64,000 bases of DNA, from assembly GCA_937625935.1 (NCBI GenBank), contig OW569369.1, positions 424,900 through 488,899 on the forward strand. The letters run 5' to 3'. A program made the position numbers and the translations under genes. The DNA is from Tetramitus jugosus (lineage: Eukaryota; Protista; Heterolobosea). The notes beneath the pieces are model-generated. The model made no database searches. It had not been told where the DNA came from and worked only from the letters and a program-made list of their open reading frames with translations. This document shows, in pieces, positions 12,113-20,659 of the stretch; position 1 is the stretch's first letter, and the number at the start of each line of letters is the position of its first letter.

Positions 12113-12264
12113 TTTCGTCGTCTCGTTACGTTTATCTGTGTTTTCTTTGATCAAACCTTGGTCGAAAAAAAATACGAGTTTAAACATGAAACTCTTCAAG
12201 AAAGATGTTCTGGTTTGGGGTTTATTGAACTGAAAACTCGAGAAGAGAATACAAGATTGTTAGT

Positions 12265-13527
12265 TCAGAACAGATAATGTCGCTTTTTATTGGGCTCCTC
12301 GAGGGCTCCCCTTGCTTTCAGCATCTTCTTGTCCTTTCTCAATTGTGTCAAATGGAAGGTACGATCGTGAACTTCACCATTCTCTTTCACTTCCATCCTC
12401 TGTCTGTCTGCAATAAGCTCCTGTTGCATCAATCGATTCATCAGTTCAGGCATATCAGCAAACATGCTTCCACCATAAATTTTCATGCAATGATCAAATG
12501 AAAAGTCTCTGTTGACTCGATAGGGCACACAGATTCGTCTAGCATTGACTGGCAACTCCCGTTCATTGGCAATCCTCTCCCGTTGCATCTGTTTTCTCTG
12601 TTCATAGTGCGATATTTCATAATCGCACTCTAGTCCTAATTGCGCACAGCGACCACATGTCGGCTTACTTAAATTACATGTTTGATGCGCTTTGAGACAA
12701 TGTTTGCACGGTGTTGCAGAAATGGTTTCATCTGTCGCCTTGTTTGTCGCATCGTCATCGTCATCGTCATCACCAACACCTTGATCTTCATCTTCCTCCT
12801 CTTCATCATCATCCTCATCATCATCCAAATCCCAATCATTATCCATCTCTACATCTTCATCACTGTCTCCAGTCTCCCGATCATTTTCATTCTTGTTATT
12901 CTTCTTCTTATTCTTCTTCTTCTTCTTCTCAGCTTCTTCTTTAGCAACATCAATCTTGACAAAATTTTCCACGACAGCCTTCATTTTTTTCGACTTGGTT
13001 CTCAAGCTCTTATCGTACACCTTCTTCTTTTCCACCTTGGTCGGATCCGACTTGTCTTTTGCAATGAGAAAAGAAAGTTCAGGTGGATACCCCATATTCG
13101 ATTGTTCAAGTGCCACACATTGATGACAAGGTGTACCACCTGTACAAGGTAAATTATTGACCGTGCAATAGTGACACTTGACTTTTTCAAATGTTCGATA
13201 GTAGCGATTGCGTTGACGACCTTGAGGAACTTTTTGACTTGGTTTGTTTTTTCGTTTTTTAGATTTGGTCGATGTAGATGATGTTGATGATGACCGTGAT
13301 GATGTTGATGTTGATGTTGATGATGGTGGTAGTGCTGTAGAAGATGAAAATTTGGAAGTGGTCGGAGTAATTGTGGTGTCGAGGATTTCTTTGAGAGGAT
13401 TGGTGTTACTGGCGAAACGAGGGGCTGTTGGTGGTTTGGGAGGTCGGCCCTTGTTATTTGATGTCTTCATAATAATTGGTTGTTGTTCGATCAGCTGATG
13501 ATTGTGTTTTTTTTTTGCTTTGTGCAT
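12265..13527 (-). CDS. Zn(II)2Cys6 protein with one complete and one partial cluster
   Basis: CHYCTVNNLPCTGGTPCHQC (5 Cys) and CKHCLKAHQTCNLSKPTCGRCAQLGLEC (6 Cys). Confidence 0.85.
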   Translation of the reverse strand: MHKAKKKHNHQLIEQQPIIMKTSNNKGRPPKPPTAPRFASNTNPLKEILDTTITPTTSKFSSSTALPPSSTSTSTSSRSSSTSSTSTKSKKRKNKPSQKVPQGRQRNRYYRTFEKVKCHYCTVNNLPCTGGTPCHQCVALEQSNMGYPPELSFLIAKDKSDPTKVEKKKVYDKSLRTKSKKMKAVVENFVKIDVAKEEAEKKKKKNKKKNNKNENDRETGDSDEDVEMDNDWDLDDDEDDDEEEEDEDQGVGDDDDDDDATNKATDETISATPCKHCLKAHQTCNLSKPTCGRCAQLGLECDYEISHYEQRKQMQRERIANERELPVNARRICVPYRVNRDFSFDHCMKIYGGSMFADMPELMNRLMQQELIADRQRMEVKENGEVHDRTFHLTQLRKDKKMLKARGALEEPNKKRHYLF

Positions 13528-13735
13528 TTTTGAACATCATCGAAGAAGAATTTTTGAAGGTTCAACGAAAATCTGATTCTTCCCCGAAAAACAGGAACAA
13601 CGGCAAAAGAAGACAAAAAACTCCACCATCGCGAAAAACACGAAACTCGATTTCCCCTACCAGAAAACACCAACGACCCTCCCACCATCATCATAATTAT
13701 TTTTCATCATCATCACCAAACAACAACAGCAACAG

Positions 13736-15556
13736 ATGAGCAAAAAGAACACCAACACTAAAAAATCAAAAACAAGCACAACTACCACCACCACATCACT
13801 CATTGGCAGTAGTAGCACCCACAATGGAGATCACAGTGACCCAGAACTCAACATTATTTTCAAAAAGAGTTACCAAAATGCCAAACGTCACGTAGTTGAA
13901 ATGCCATGGCACCAACAATACGCATCCGATCCATCCGTCAATCAAAAATATAAAATTTTGACAACGTCACGTATTCTAAAGGGATATGATCAATCACCAT
14001 CAGATACACTATTCCGTACTCACACGTATGAATTTAGAATTGTTTATCCACCTACTAATGTTCACTTGATGAAGAATAATGGTGGAGTATCGAGTGATCA
14101 TGAAGGTAGTGAATATGATGATGAAGACAATGATGATGATGATGATGAAGATGATGACTACAATAATAATAATAATGGTAATAATAATGGTTGTTATTCA
14201 AGAAGAAATCAAACGAATAATAATCGATTGGCTACGACCCCTCGTAGTCCCATCTCTGCTGCTCATATTCGATTATTGAAACGTGTCAAATCATCGTCAT
14301 CTTCATCTTCATCATCTAACAGTAGAAACAAGAATCAAAACAATAGTAATAGTAATAATAATCAAAGTGGAGCATTCATAGAGTATAGATTGAGAGGAGC
14401 ACCTGTCATATCATACACTCAAATCAATAGTCCACAAGATGACTATATTGTAGTCATGACGTGGCCAGATGGTCTCAAGGCCAATTTCAAAGGAAAATTC
14501 AAATTGGAATTATCACTCTATTCATTTGATGATGATACAAATGATGATGATGATAAGAATAGTGGTGGCGGTGGTGATTTTAAAAAATTGGTCATGACCA
14601 ATCGATGGACAAGTGATGAATTTTCAGTTGTGAGTAAACCTGGCGTATGGATGAATCATCAAAAGAAGAAGATGGCAGCTGCTTCAAAGAACAACAAGGT
14701 GATGACAACGAATAATAATAATAATAATAACAATGTGTATAGTGGCGATAATATTTCAAATTTGAGCATTACACCATCATTGTTGGATATAATGACTGGT
14801 GGTGATGAAGATGAAGATGAGATGATGATGAAGCACTTTGGTTCCGATTCGTTCCCAACCATGGTTGTCAAATCAGAGAACACGATGAATCAACAACAAC
14901 AAATGGATCATGCGAACAATCATGGATCATTCATGCAACAATTGGGTGCACTGCACGACAATAACAATATGAACAATAGTAATAATACTCTATTGTTGTC
15001 GAATATGAACATGATGGGTGCTTCTACTGGTATGGGCAGCACTGTCAATTCAAATGCTAGCTCAGTTATTGCCAGTATCAATGAACGTGTGAACAATCAG
15101 CATGTAAATAGAGAGTCAACGAGTGGTATGAACATGAATAATAACCACATCAGTAGTGATAGTGGTGGTGGCAGTAGTAGTAGTGGCAATAGTAATAATA
15201 ATCAATTCTTTGATGATATGGAACCAAACTTGCTGCCGTCTCTCTCACTTCCTGCAGCCATGAGCACTCCATTGGGACCAGGCCCTGATGGTGATTATTT
15301 CGGTTCGTTAATGAACATGAGTCAACATTTGCTTGATCCGAATACTCCGGGTCAAGTGCTCTCACCCAACGGTCAGTTTATCATTAGTGAAACAATGAAC
15401 AATATCACAGGTGATGGTAGATTCCTTAGTTTGAGCTTTAGTGATTTTACTGGGGTCACAGGAAGAGCAATGGATTCTCAAGAGTGGGAATACGCCAGTC
15501 GGAACGATGACAATACTGACAGATTTTTCGAGAAAAACCTGATGAACAAGAAATAA
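13736..15556 (+). CDS. Low-complexity N/D/M-rich protein, possible transcription factor
   Basis: 606-aa ORF; beta-rich core ending SDEFSVVSKP interrupted by poly-N/D/S tracts. Confidence 0.75.
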   Translation: MSKKNTNTKKSKTSTTTTTTSLIGSSSTHNGDHSDPELNIIFKKSYQNAKRHVVEMPWHQQYASDPSVNQKYKILTTSRILKGYDQSPSDTLFRTHTYEFRIVYPPTNVHLMKNNGGVSSDHEGSEYDDEDNDDDDDEDDDYNNNNNGNNNGCYSRRNQTNNNRLATTPRSPISAAHIRLLKRVKSSSSSSSSSNSRNKNQNNSNSNNNQSGAFIEYRLRGAPVISYTQINSPQDDYIVVMTWPDGLKANFKGKFKLELSLYSFDDDTNDDDDKNSGGGGDFKKLVMTNRWTSDEFSVVSKPGVWMNHQKKKMAAASKNNKVMTTNNNNNNNNVYSGDNISNLSITPSLLDIMTGGDEDEDEMMMKHFGSDSFPTMVVKSENTMNQQQQMDHANNHGSFMQQLGALHDNNNMNNSNNTLLLSNMNMMGASTGMGSTVNSNASSVIASINERVNNQHVNRESTSGMNMNNNHISSDSGGGSSSSGNSNNNQFFDDMEPNLLPSLSLPAAMSTPLGPGPDGDYFGSLMNMSQHLLDPNTPGQVLSPNGQFIISETMNNITGDGRFLSLSFSDFTGVTGRAMDSQEWEYASRNDDNTDRFFEKNLMNKK

Positions 15557-15675
15557 ACACACTGTTTATGGTTGTATCAATCAACAAGCAACATGACTAC
15601 TAATTCATTGGCGCGAAACAAGAAATTCTATTACCTTTCAAACTTGGCTCGATATCGGTTCGTCAACCAAAAAAG

Positions 15676-16650
15676 ATGCTTACACACACAACTAACAACT
15701 CTGCGGATAAACGAATTTTAGGTGTCTGTCCTCCATGTCTCGCACCCCAACCCTCAAGGGTCAAGCTTTCAATTATCTACCAACTCCTAAGCATAGGTTT
15801 GCTCATGCATTCTCAAGGGTCAAAGCATACTAACCCCTGTACTATCTTACGACACGGTTTTGCCTATCGTGAGGAGCTTATCCAAACGGTTAGCAAACAC
15901 ACTAGTCTTCAAAAAGAGGAATTCACAGACATCTTCTATGACGTAAATCAATTTATCCCATTGATTTTGATAAATTTATGGCTAAGAAAACGTGAGTTCA
16001 AGAATGGCAAAGAAGAGTGGACCTTGAAGCAAGTATCACAAGTTGGTCCTAACTTGAATTATCTTGAATGGGATAAGGAGGAAGCTATTCTAAGAGTTAT
16101 CCGAGAGAACGGATTGTTGAATCCACTCTCTTTATCGGCCATCAATCATGTCGTAGCTACCATTCCCACAGTTCGACACTCTGCCAACATTGATGGCGCC
16201 CGATTAAGATTGGAAGTTGCTGACTTTGGCAAGACTAAATCCTATATCGGATCAATAAGCGTTAACATTGATGAAACAAACGAGCTTCTCCCCTCACCTT
16301 CTCAACTTCTCCAATCGTCAGAAATAGCTTGTCCTGTGAGAAGCAAAGTTGTTGATTATATCTGCTGCCATGATTCCCTGCTCTACAAGCAATTACTGGA
16401 TAAACAGGTTGTGCACAACCTGAGATATGAGAATATTTATGACCCTCCCCCAGTTAGCTTTAAGTTGGACACTTTGGATGGTGCTAAAAGGTATTCGGAG
16501 CATCTGATAGAGCAAGCAAAGCTGAGAGAACAAGGAGAAGCATCTGACGATGATCGATTCATTACCAACGCAACAACAACCATCGTCTTCTCTGATGATG
16601 ACGATGACGATGATTGTGCCACTGATGACACGGATTGCGGGACTGAATAA
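15676..16650 (+). CDS. Hypothetical protein with acidic tail
   Basis: 324-aa ATG-initiated ORF; no recognised motif. Confidence 0.65.
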   Translation: MLTHTTNNSADKRILGVCPPCLAPQPSRVKLSIIYQLLSIGLLMHSQGSKHTNPCTILRHGFAYREELIQTVSKHTSLQKEEFTDIFYDVNQFIPLILINLWLRKREFKNGKEEWTLKQVSQVGPNLNYLEWDKEEAILRVIRENGLLNPLSLSAINHVVATIPTVRHSANIDGARLRLEVADFGKTKSYIGSISVNIDETNELLPSPSQLLQSSEIACPVRSKVVDYICCHDSLLYKQLLDKQVVHNLRYENIYDPPPVSFKLDTLDGAKRYSEHLIEQAKLREQGEASDDDRFITNATTTIVFSDDDDDDDCATDDTDCGTE

Positions 16651-17661
16651 TTTGTGGTCCTCTTATTGGGTTTTTAGCAACATCGATTAAATATTTCTTT
16701 GCTTGTAGTACAATTTATTAGACGTTCTTGGCATGTATTCATCTCAATAAGAGTTAGTTAAACATGCGAAGTTTCGAATGCAAGTGTTATCACACTTACA
16801 TTCACTGGTTCACCTAAATCTCCAGCTATCAACTGTTCTTAATGGAGTACAGGATCGCAACTACGACTATAAGTAGTTGATGTTGTCTAATGTTTGCTCA
16901 ACAAGATACGATTCTTCAAGTATTCTGTGTTGATATCGCTGTCTGATTCATGGCATCATAGCTATCTGAACCTGGCCATACGCAATCAGGCAGACTATAG
17001 TAGCGCCAGGTATCATAAGGACAAGATTCAATGACAAACCTTGCTGTTTCAAAGTGGTTACTCTTGTCTTGTTGTCGAGTATTATCAGTTTGACTTGTCA
17101 CTTTTGGGATCTTGGTTTCACGATGTAAAAGTTGAATGAATCTCGTAGGTCTATAGGTAGAAATGAGATCTGGTTACCAGCCAATGGACCTTCTCTATCC
17201 GATTCCTGTCACAGCTTCGTTAAAAGGAACAATATTGTGTCCCTGGCGTTGAAAGATGAGAGCCGCAAATTGGAGCAAACCACTTACAAAGACATCCTGT
17301 GCTTGAATCCCATGCCGAATATTCTTACAAAGAGAATGGGCACAAACGTCTTCTGAATGACATCTTCCTGGAGTGGCAGACCTTTCATGGGTGTCACAAG
17401 CACTTCTCATGAACCTTTCACCCATAAGTGACAGAATTTCTGACACTCCATGAACATGGTGCCCCTCCTCGCTCGAGAATCGTATCCGAATATTCTTGTT
17501 GACAGTTTCAAGTGAATATCGTGTTCCGCCGACAAGTTCCCCACCTTCCAAACCGTTAAAAGTCGGACACCTTTCAGAGTCAACCTGAGCAGAAAAACAA
17601 CAAACAAAAACTAACTAACAAACCAAACAAGTTACTATAACCACTACTATACTATATCAAA

Positions 17662-17940
17662 ATGGCAAAGCTTAACCAATCTGAAGTCAATGTTAACTGG
17701 ATCATCGTCCTCGTCCTCGGTTTCTTCGGACCAATCGGTGCATTCGTCAACTCCAAGATTTTGATGAAGATGGAGAACGCATGGTTGGGTTACACTCTCT
17801 TTGCTTTCATCCCATTGCTCAACTTGTTGTGCTGGATTGATTTGGTATTGAAGGCAAAGAAGTTGCAAGAAGAAGGCTCCATTGACGAGTATGACCACGT
17901 CTTGGAATTCTTGGGTGGATTGCCATTGATGCACGAGTAA
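17662..17940 (+). CDS. Small two-TM membrane protein
   Basis: 92 aa, two hydrophobic segments, codon bias like the SAHH gene, A-rich leader (caaaATG) and downstream AATAAA. Confidence 0.75.
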   Translation: MAKLNQSEVNVNWIIVLVLGFFGPIGAFVNSKILMKMENAWLGYTLFAFIPLLNLLCWIDLVLKAKKLQEEGSIDEYDHVLEFLGGLPLMHE

Positions 17941-18075
17941 GCTCTCATGTGTGAGACAAGGCCGAACTGTGAACGACAGTCGTTCCATGTCGAACCAACG
18001 AATAAAACTGCTTGATTCATTCACTACAAAAACTTTTCGCGCGCTTCTCTCAAATTTCCTTGTTTGGTTTTATTG

Positions 18076-18087
18076 TTTCGCGCCAAA
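18076..18087 (+). promoter_or_regulatory. E2F-like site TTTCGCGCCAAA
   Basis: Matches the TTTSSCGC consensus 36 bp upstream of the ATG at 18123; a second copy TTTCGCGCG at 18035-18043. Confidence 0.4.
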
Positions 18088-18122
18088 GTGGGAGTTCCTT
18101 TCGAAACTATAAAAGGACAAAC

Positions 18123-19076
18123 ATGAACACACCACTCAACTGGGATGAATTCATTCATGTTCTGCTCTTTCTTCCAGCTTCTGATACGTGTCATTATTCT
18201 CATTCCAACTCAACTGCCTATGACTGCATCATATCCAATCAAGAGTTGTGGACAATGCTGTTCAAGAGAGATTTCGCCTGGGTCAGGGAGCAAGGATCAA
18301 CTGGACCACAATCGTTTCTATTGACACCCACAGACACCACGCTGATGGTGGGTCAGCACTGCTGCGAGGCAATGCGGGATTATGTGTGCACTTACCTTCG
18401 GTTTCATCAATTTCCGTTCTATCGAGTCGACCCCAGGTCGTTCAAAGCCGCGAAGGGAGTAAAGGTTTTGTTCAGTGCGTGCAACAACCGAATGAATCAG
18501 TTAGTGGTTGATACCTTGAAAAATCAGCAATTGGTGATACAACAGAATGGTGTACCTTACAAAGAGCCGATTGCCATAGATTTAAGTTTTGTGTGGTTGG
18601 CTTTCCGCCAACCCAAAGAGACTCCATTGGCATTTCAATTTTGGATGATCGGTCAACACTCGAAGACAAATCCATCAACTGCAAGGGACTACTATCGCGC
18701 AGCTAAATGCTTGATGATCACAATTGACACGAATCATGCATGGAGCGAGGACAGTTATTCCGTAAGTCCTTCACATGATGGTACCAACTCTTTGTCGCTC
18801 GCTCTGGCTGCTCTCACAGAGAACAGATCAAAACTAAAGCTTGAACCACCCAGGGCCTGTAAGGGTGTGTTGGTTGTTGGAATTGGTGCTTGGCCAGAAG
18901 CTGCACCCATTTCCAAACAGAGATTCCTCAAGGACTGTGCTCAATCTTTTGATGTTTTGCCTTTGGAATACTTTGAGTTGACCGAGAACAATGCAATGGT
19001 AATGTCTGACGTTCTATTGAAGCGCCTTTACTCATTTCATCAACAGGCTGCTCTTGACGATAGTCTCTGCTCTTGA
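18123..19076 (+). CDS. F-box plus degenerate Rab-like GTPase domain protein, copy 1
   Basis: F-box LNWDEFIHVLLFLP...LWTMLFKRDF. Rab-like remnants YKEPIAIDL, FQFWMIGQ, ARDYYRAA. No P-loop. Confidence 0.8.
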   Translation: MNTPLNWDEFIHVLLFLPASDTCHYSHSNSTAYDCIISNQELWTMLFKRDFAWVREQGSTGPQSFLLTPTDTTLMVGQHCCEAMRDYVCTYLRFHQFPFYRVDPRSFKAAKGVKVLFSACNNRMNQLVVDTLKNQQLVIQQNGVPYKEPIAIDLSFVWLAFRQPKETPLAFQFWMIGQHSKTNPSTARDYYRAAKCLMITIDTNHAWSEDSYSVSPSHDGTNSLSLALAALTENRSKLKLEPPRACKGVLVVGIGAWPEAAPISKQRFLKDCAQSFDVLPLEYFELTENNAMVMSDVLLKRLYSFHQQAALDDSLCS

Positions 19077-19232
19077 AGATGTAGATGATGTGATAGTTGG
19101 TGGCAAGCTTTCACCAGTTGCATCACCATCAAGATGCACCTTGAGTTAAACTCAAGCGGCTCGAATGTTGATATCAATTTTGCCTGGTTAGGCTGGTTCC
19201 AGCAATAAACTTCAAGCTGGAAAACAAAAAAT

Positions 19233-20138
19233 ATGAACACAACACTCAGCCGGGATGAATTCTTCCATGTTCTGCTCTTTCTTCCAGCTTCTGATGTCTC
19301 TCATTTTTCTCAGATCAATTCAACTGCCTATGACTGCATCATATCCGATCAGGGCTTGTGGACAGTTCTTCTCAAGAGAGATTTCGCACTGGTCATGGAA
19401 CAACGACCTCAACAAGGATCGACAGGACAACAATCCTTTCTATTGACACACACAGACACCACGCTGATGGTGGGTCGGCACTGCTGCGAGGCAATGCGAG
19501 ATTATGTGTGCACTTTCCTTCGATTTCATCAATTTCCGTTCTATCGAGTCGACCCCAGGTCCATGAACGACGCAACCAAGCACACGACATCAAAGATAAT
19601 GTTCCATCCAGATAGCAATAGCTTGAATCAGTCAGTGATTGATGTTTTAATGCACCAACAATTTTCCTTATCACACGAGTCGTACAGAGAACAGATTGGG
19701 GTAGATGTAACTCCTTTGTTCATGGCTTCGAGACAACCAGAGGTGACTCCGAACTTGATATTTCAATTCTGGAAGATTGGTCAAGTATCGAAACCTCGTT
19801 CAGCTATTGCAAGGGCTTACTATCTTGGGACTCAATGCTTAGTGATCTCAGTTGACACAAATCATGCTTGGAACGAGGACAGTTATTCCACTTTCTTTCC
19901 ACATGGTTGTTTTTCTGAGAATTCTTTGTCCCGCGGTTTAGCTGGACTCACAGAGAGCAAATCATTATTGAATCTTGTACCACCAGATGCCTGTAAGGGT
20001 GTGTTGGTTGTTGGAATTGGTGCTTGGCCAGAAGCTGCACCCATTTCCAAACAGAGATTCCTCAAGGACTGTGCTCAATCTTTTGATGTTTTGCCTTTGG
20101 AATACTTTGAGTTGACCGAGAACAATGCAACAGTCTAG
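19233..20138 (+). CDS. F-box plus degenerate Rab-like domain protein, copy 2 (premature TAG)
   Basis: Tandem paralog of copy 1 (YREQIGVDV, FQFWKIGQ, AIARAYYLG). Homology continues past the TAG; next in-frame stop at 20250-20252. Confidence 0.75.
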   Translation: MNTTLSRDEFFHVLLFLPASDVSHFSQINSTAYDCIISDQGLWTVLLKRDFALVMEQRPQQGSTGQQSFLLTHTDTTLMVGRHCCEAMRDYVCTFLRFHQFPFYRVDPRSMNDATKHTTSKIMFHPDSNSLNQSVIDVLMHQQFSLSHESYREQIGVDVTPLFMASRQPEVTPNLIFQFWKIGQVSKPRSAIARAYYLGTQCLVISVDTNHAWNEDSYSTFFPHGCFSENSLSRGLAGLTESKSLLNLVPPDACKGVLVVGIGAWPEAAPISKQRFLKDCAQSFDVLPLEYFELTENNATV

Positions 20139-20516
20139 TCTGATGTCCTATTGAGGTGTTTTTATACATTCCATCAACAAGCTGCTATTGAGGATATAGC
20201 TGAAAGTTCAATAGACATAAACTCTCCAAACAGGTATCCTTGCTCAAAGTAGATATCATAGATGTACCTCCCAGTCCAACATTCCTAACCGGCATTGTTC
20301 CTCGTAAGTTCTGGTTTGAGCAAGGTTGCTCATTCTTGTTGGACAATATATTCGGCTCAATCTTTTCAGGAGTGGGATCCTGTTTTTAATACCACCATCT
20401 CTATTATTTTCGATTTTGCTTCTTAATATTTCTTTCGTTGAGGCAGCAGTTTAAGGAACATGGATTTATGCTAAATATAGATACTTATGTTCCGATCCGA
20501 GAATTTTGGACACAAT

Positions 20517-20587
20517 TCTCCTATGGTCTAGTGGTATGATAGCGGACTCTGAATCCGTTGACGGTGGTTCGATTCCACCTAGGAGAA
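20517..20587 (+). tRNA. tRNA-Gln(CTG)
   Basis: Acceptor stem TCTCCTA/TAGGAGA, anticodon arm GCGGA-CT-CTG-AA-TCCGT, T arm GGTGG-TTCGATT-CCACC. Confidence 0.93.
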
Positions 20588-20659
20588 ACGTTTTTGGAGC
20601 TTTTAGATGTCAGAATTGTGCCGACCATTATTACTCCGTTCAAACAAAGAAACAAAGAA

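Noticed and set aside
20558-20659. N-terminal extension of the 1256-aa ORF
   Set aside because: Non-ATG start that overlaps the tRNA-Gln gene; the ATG at 20660 is more plausible.
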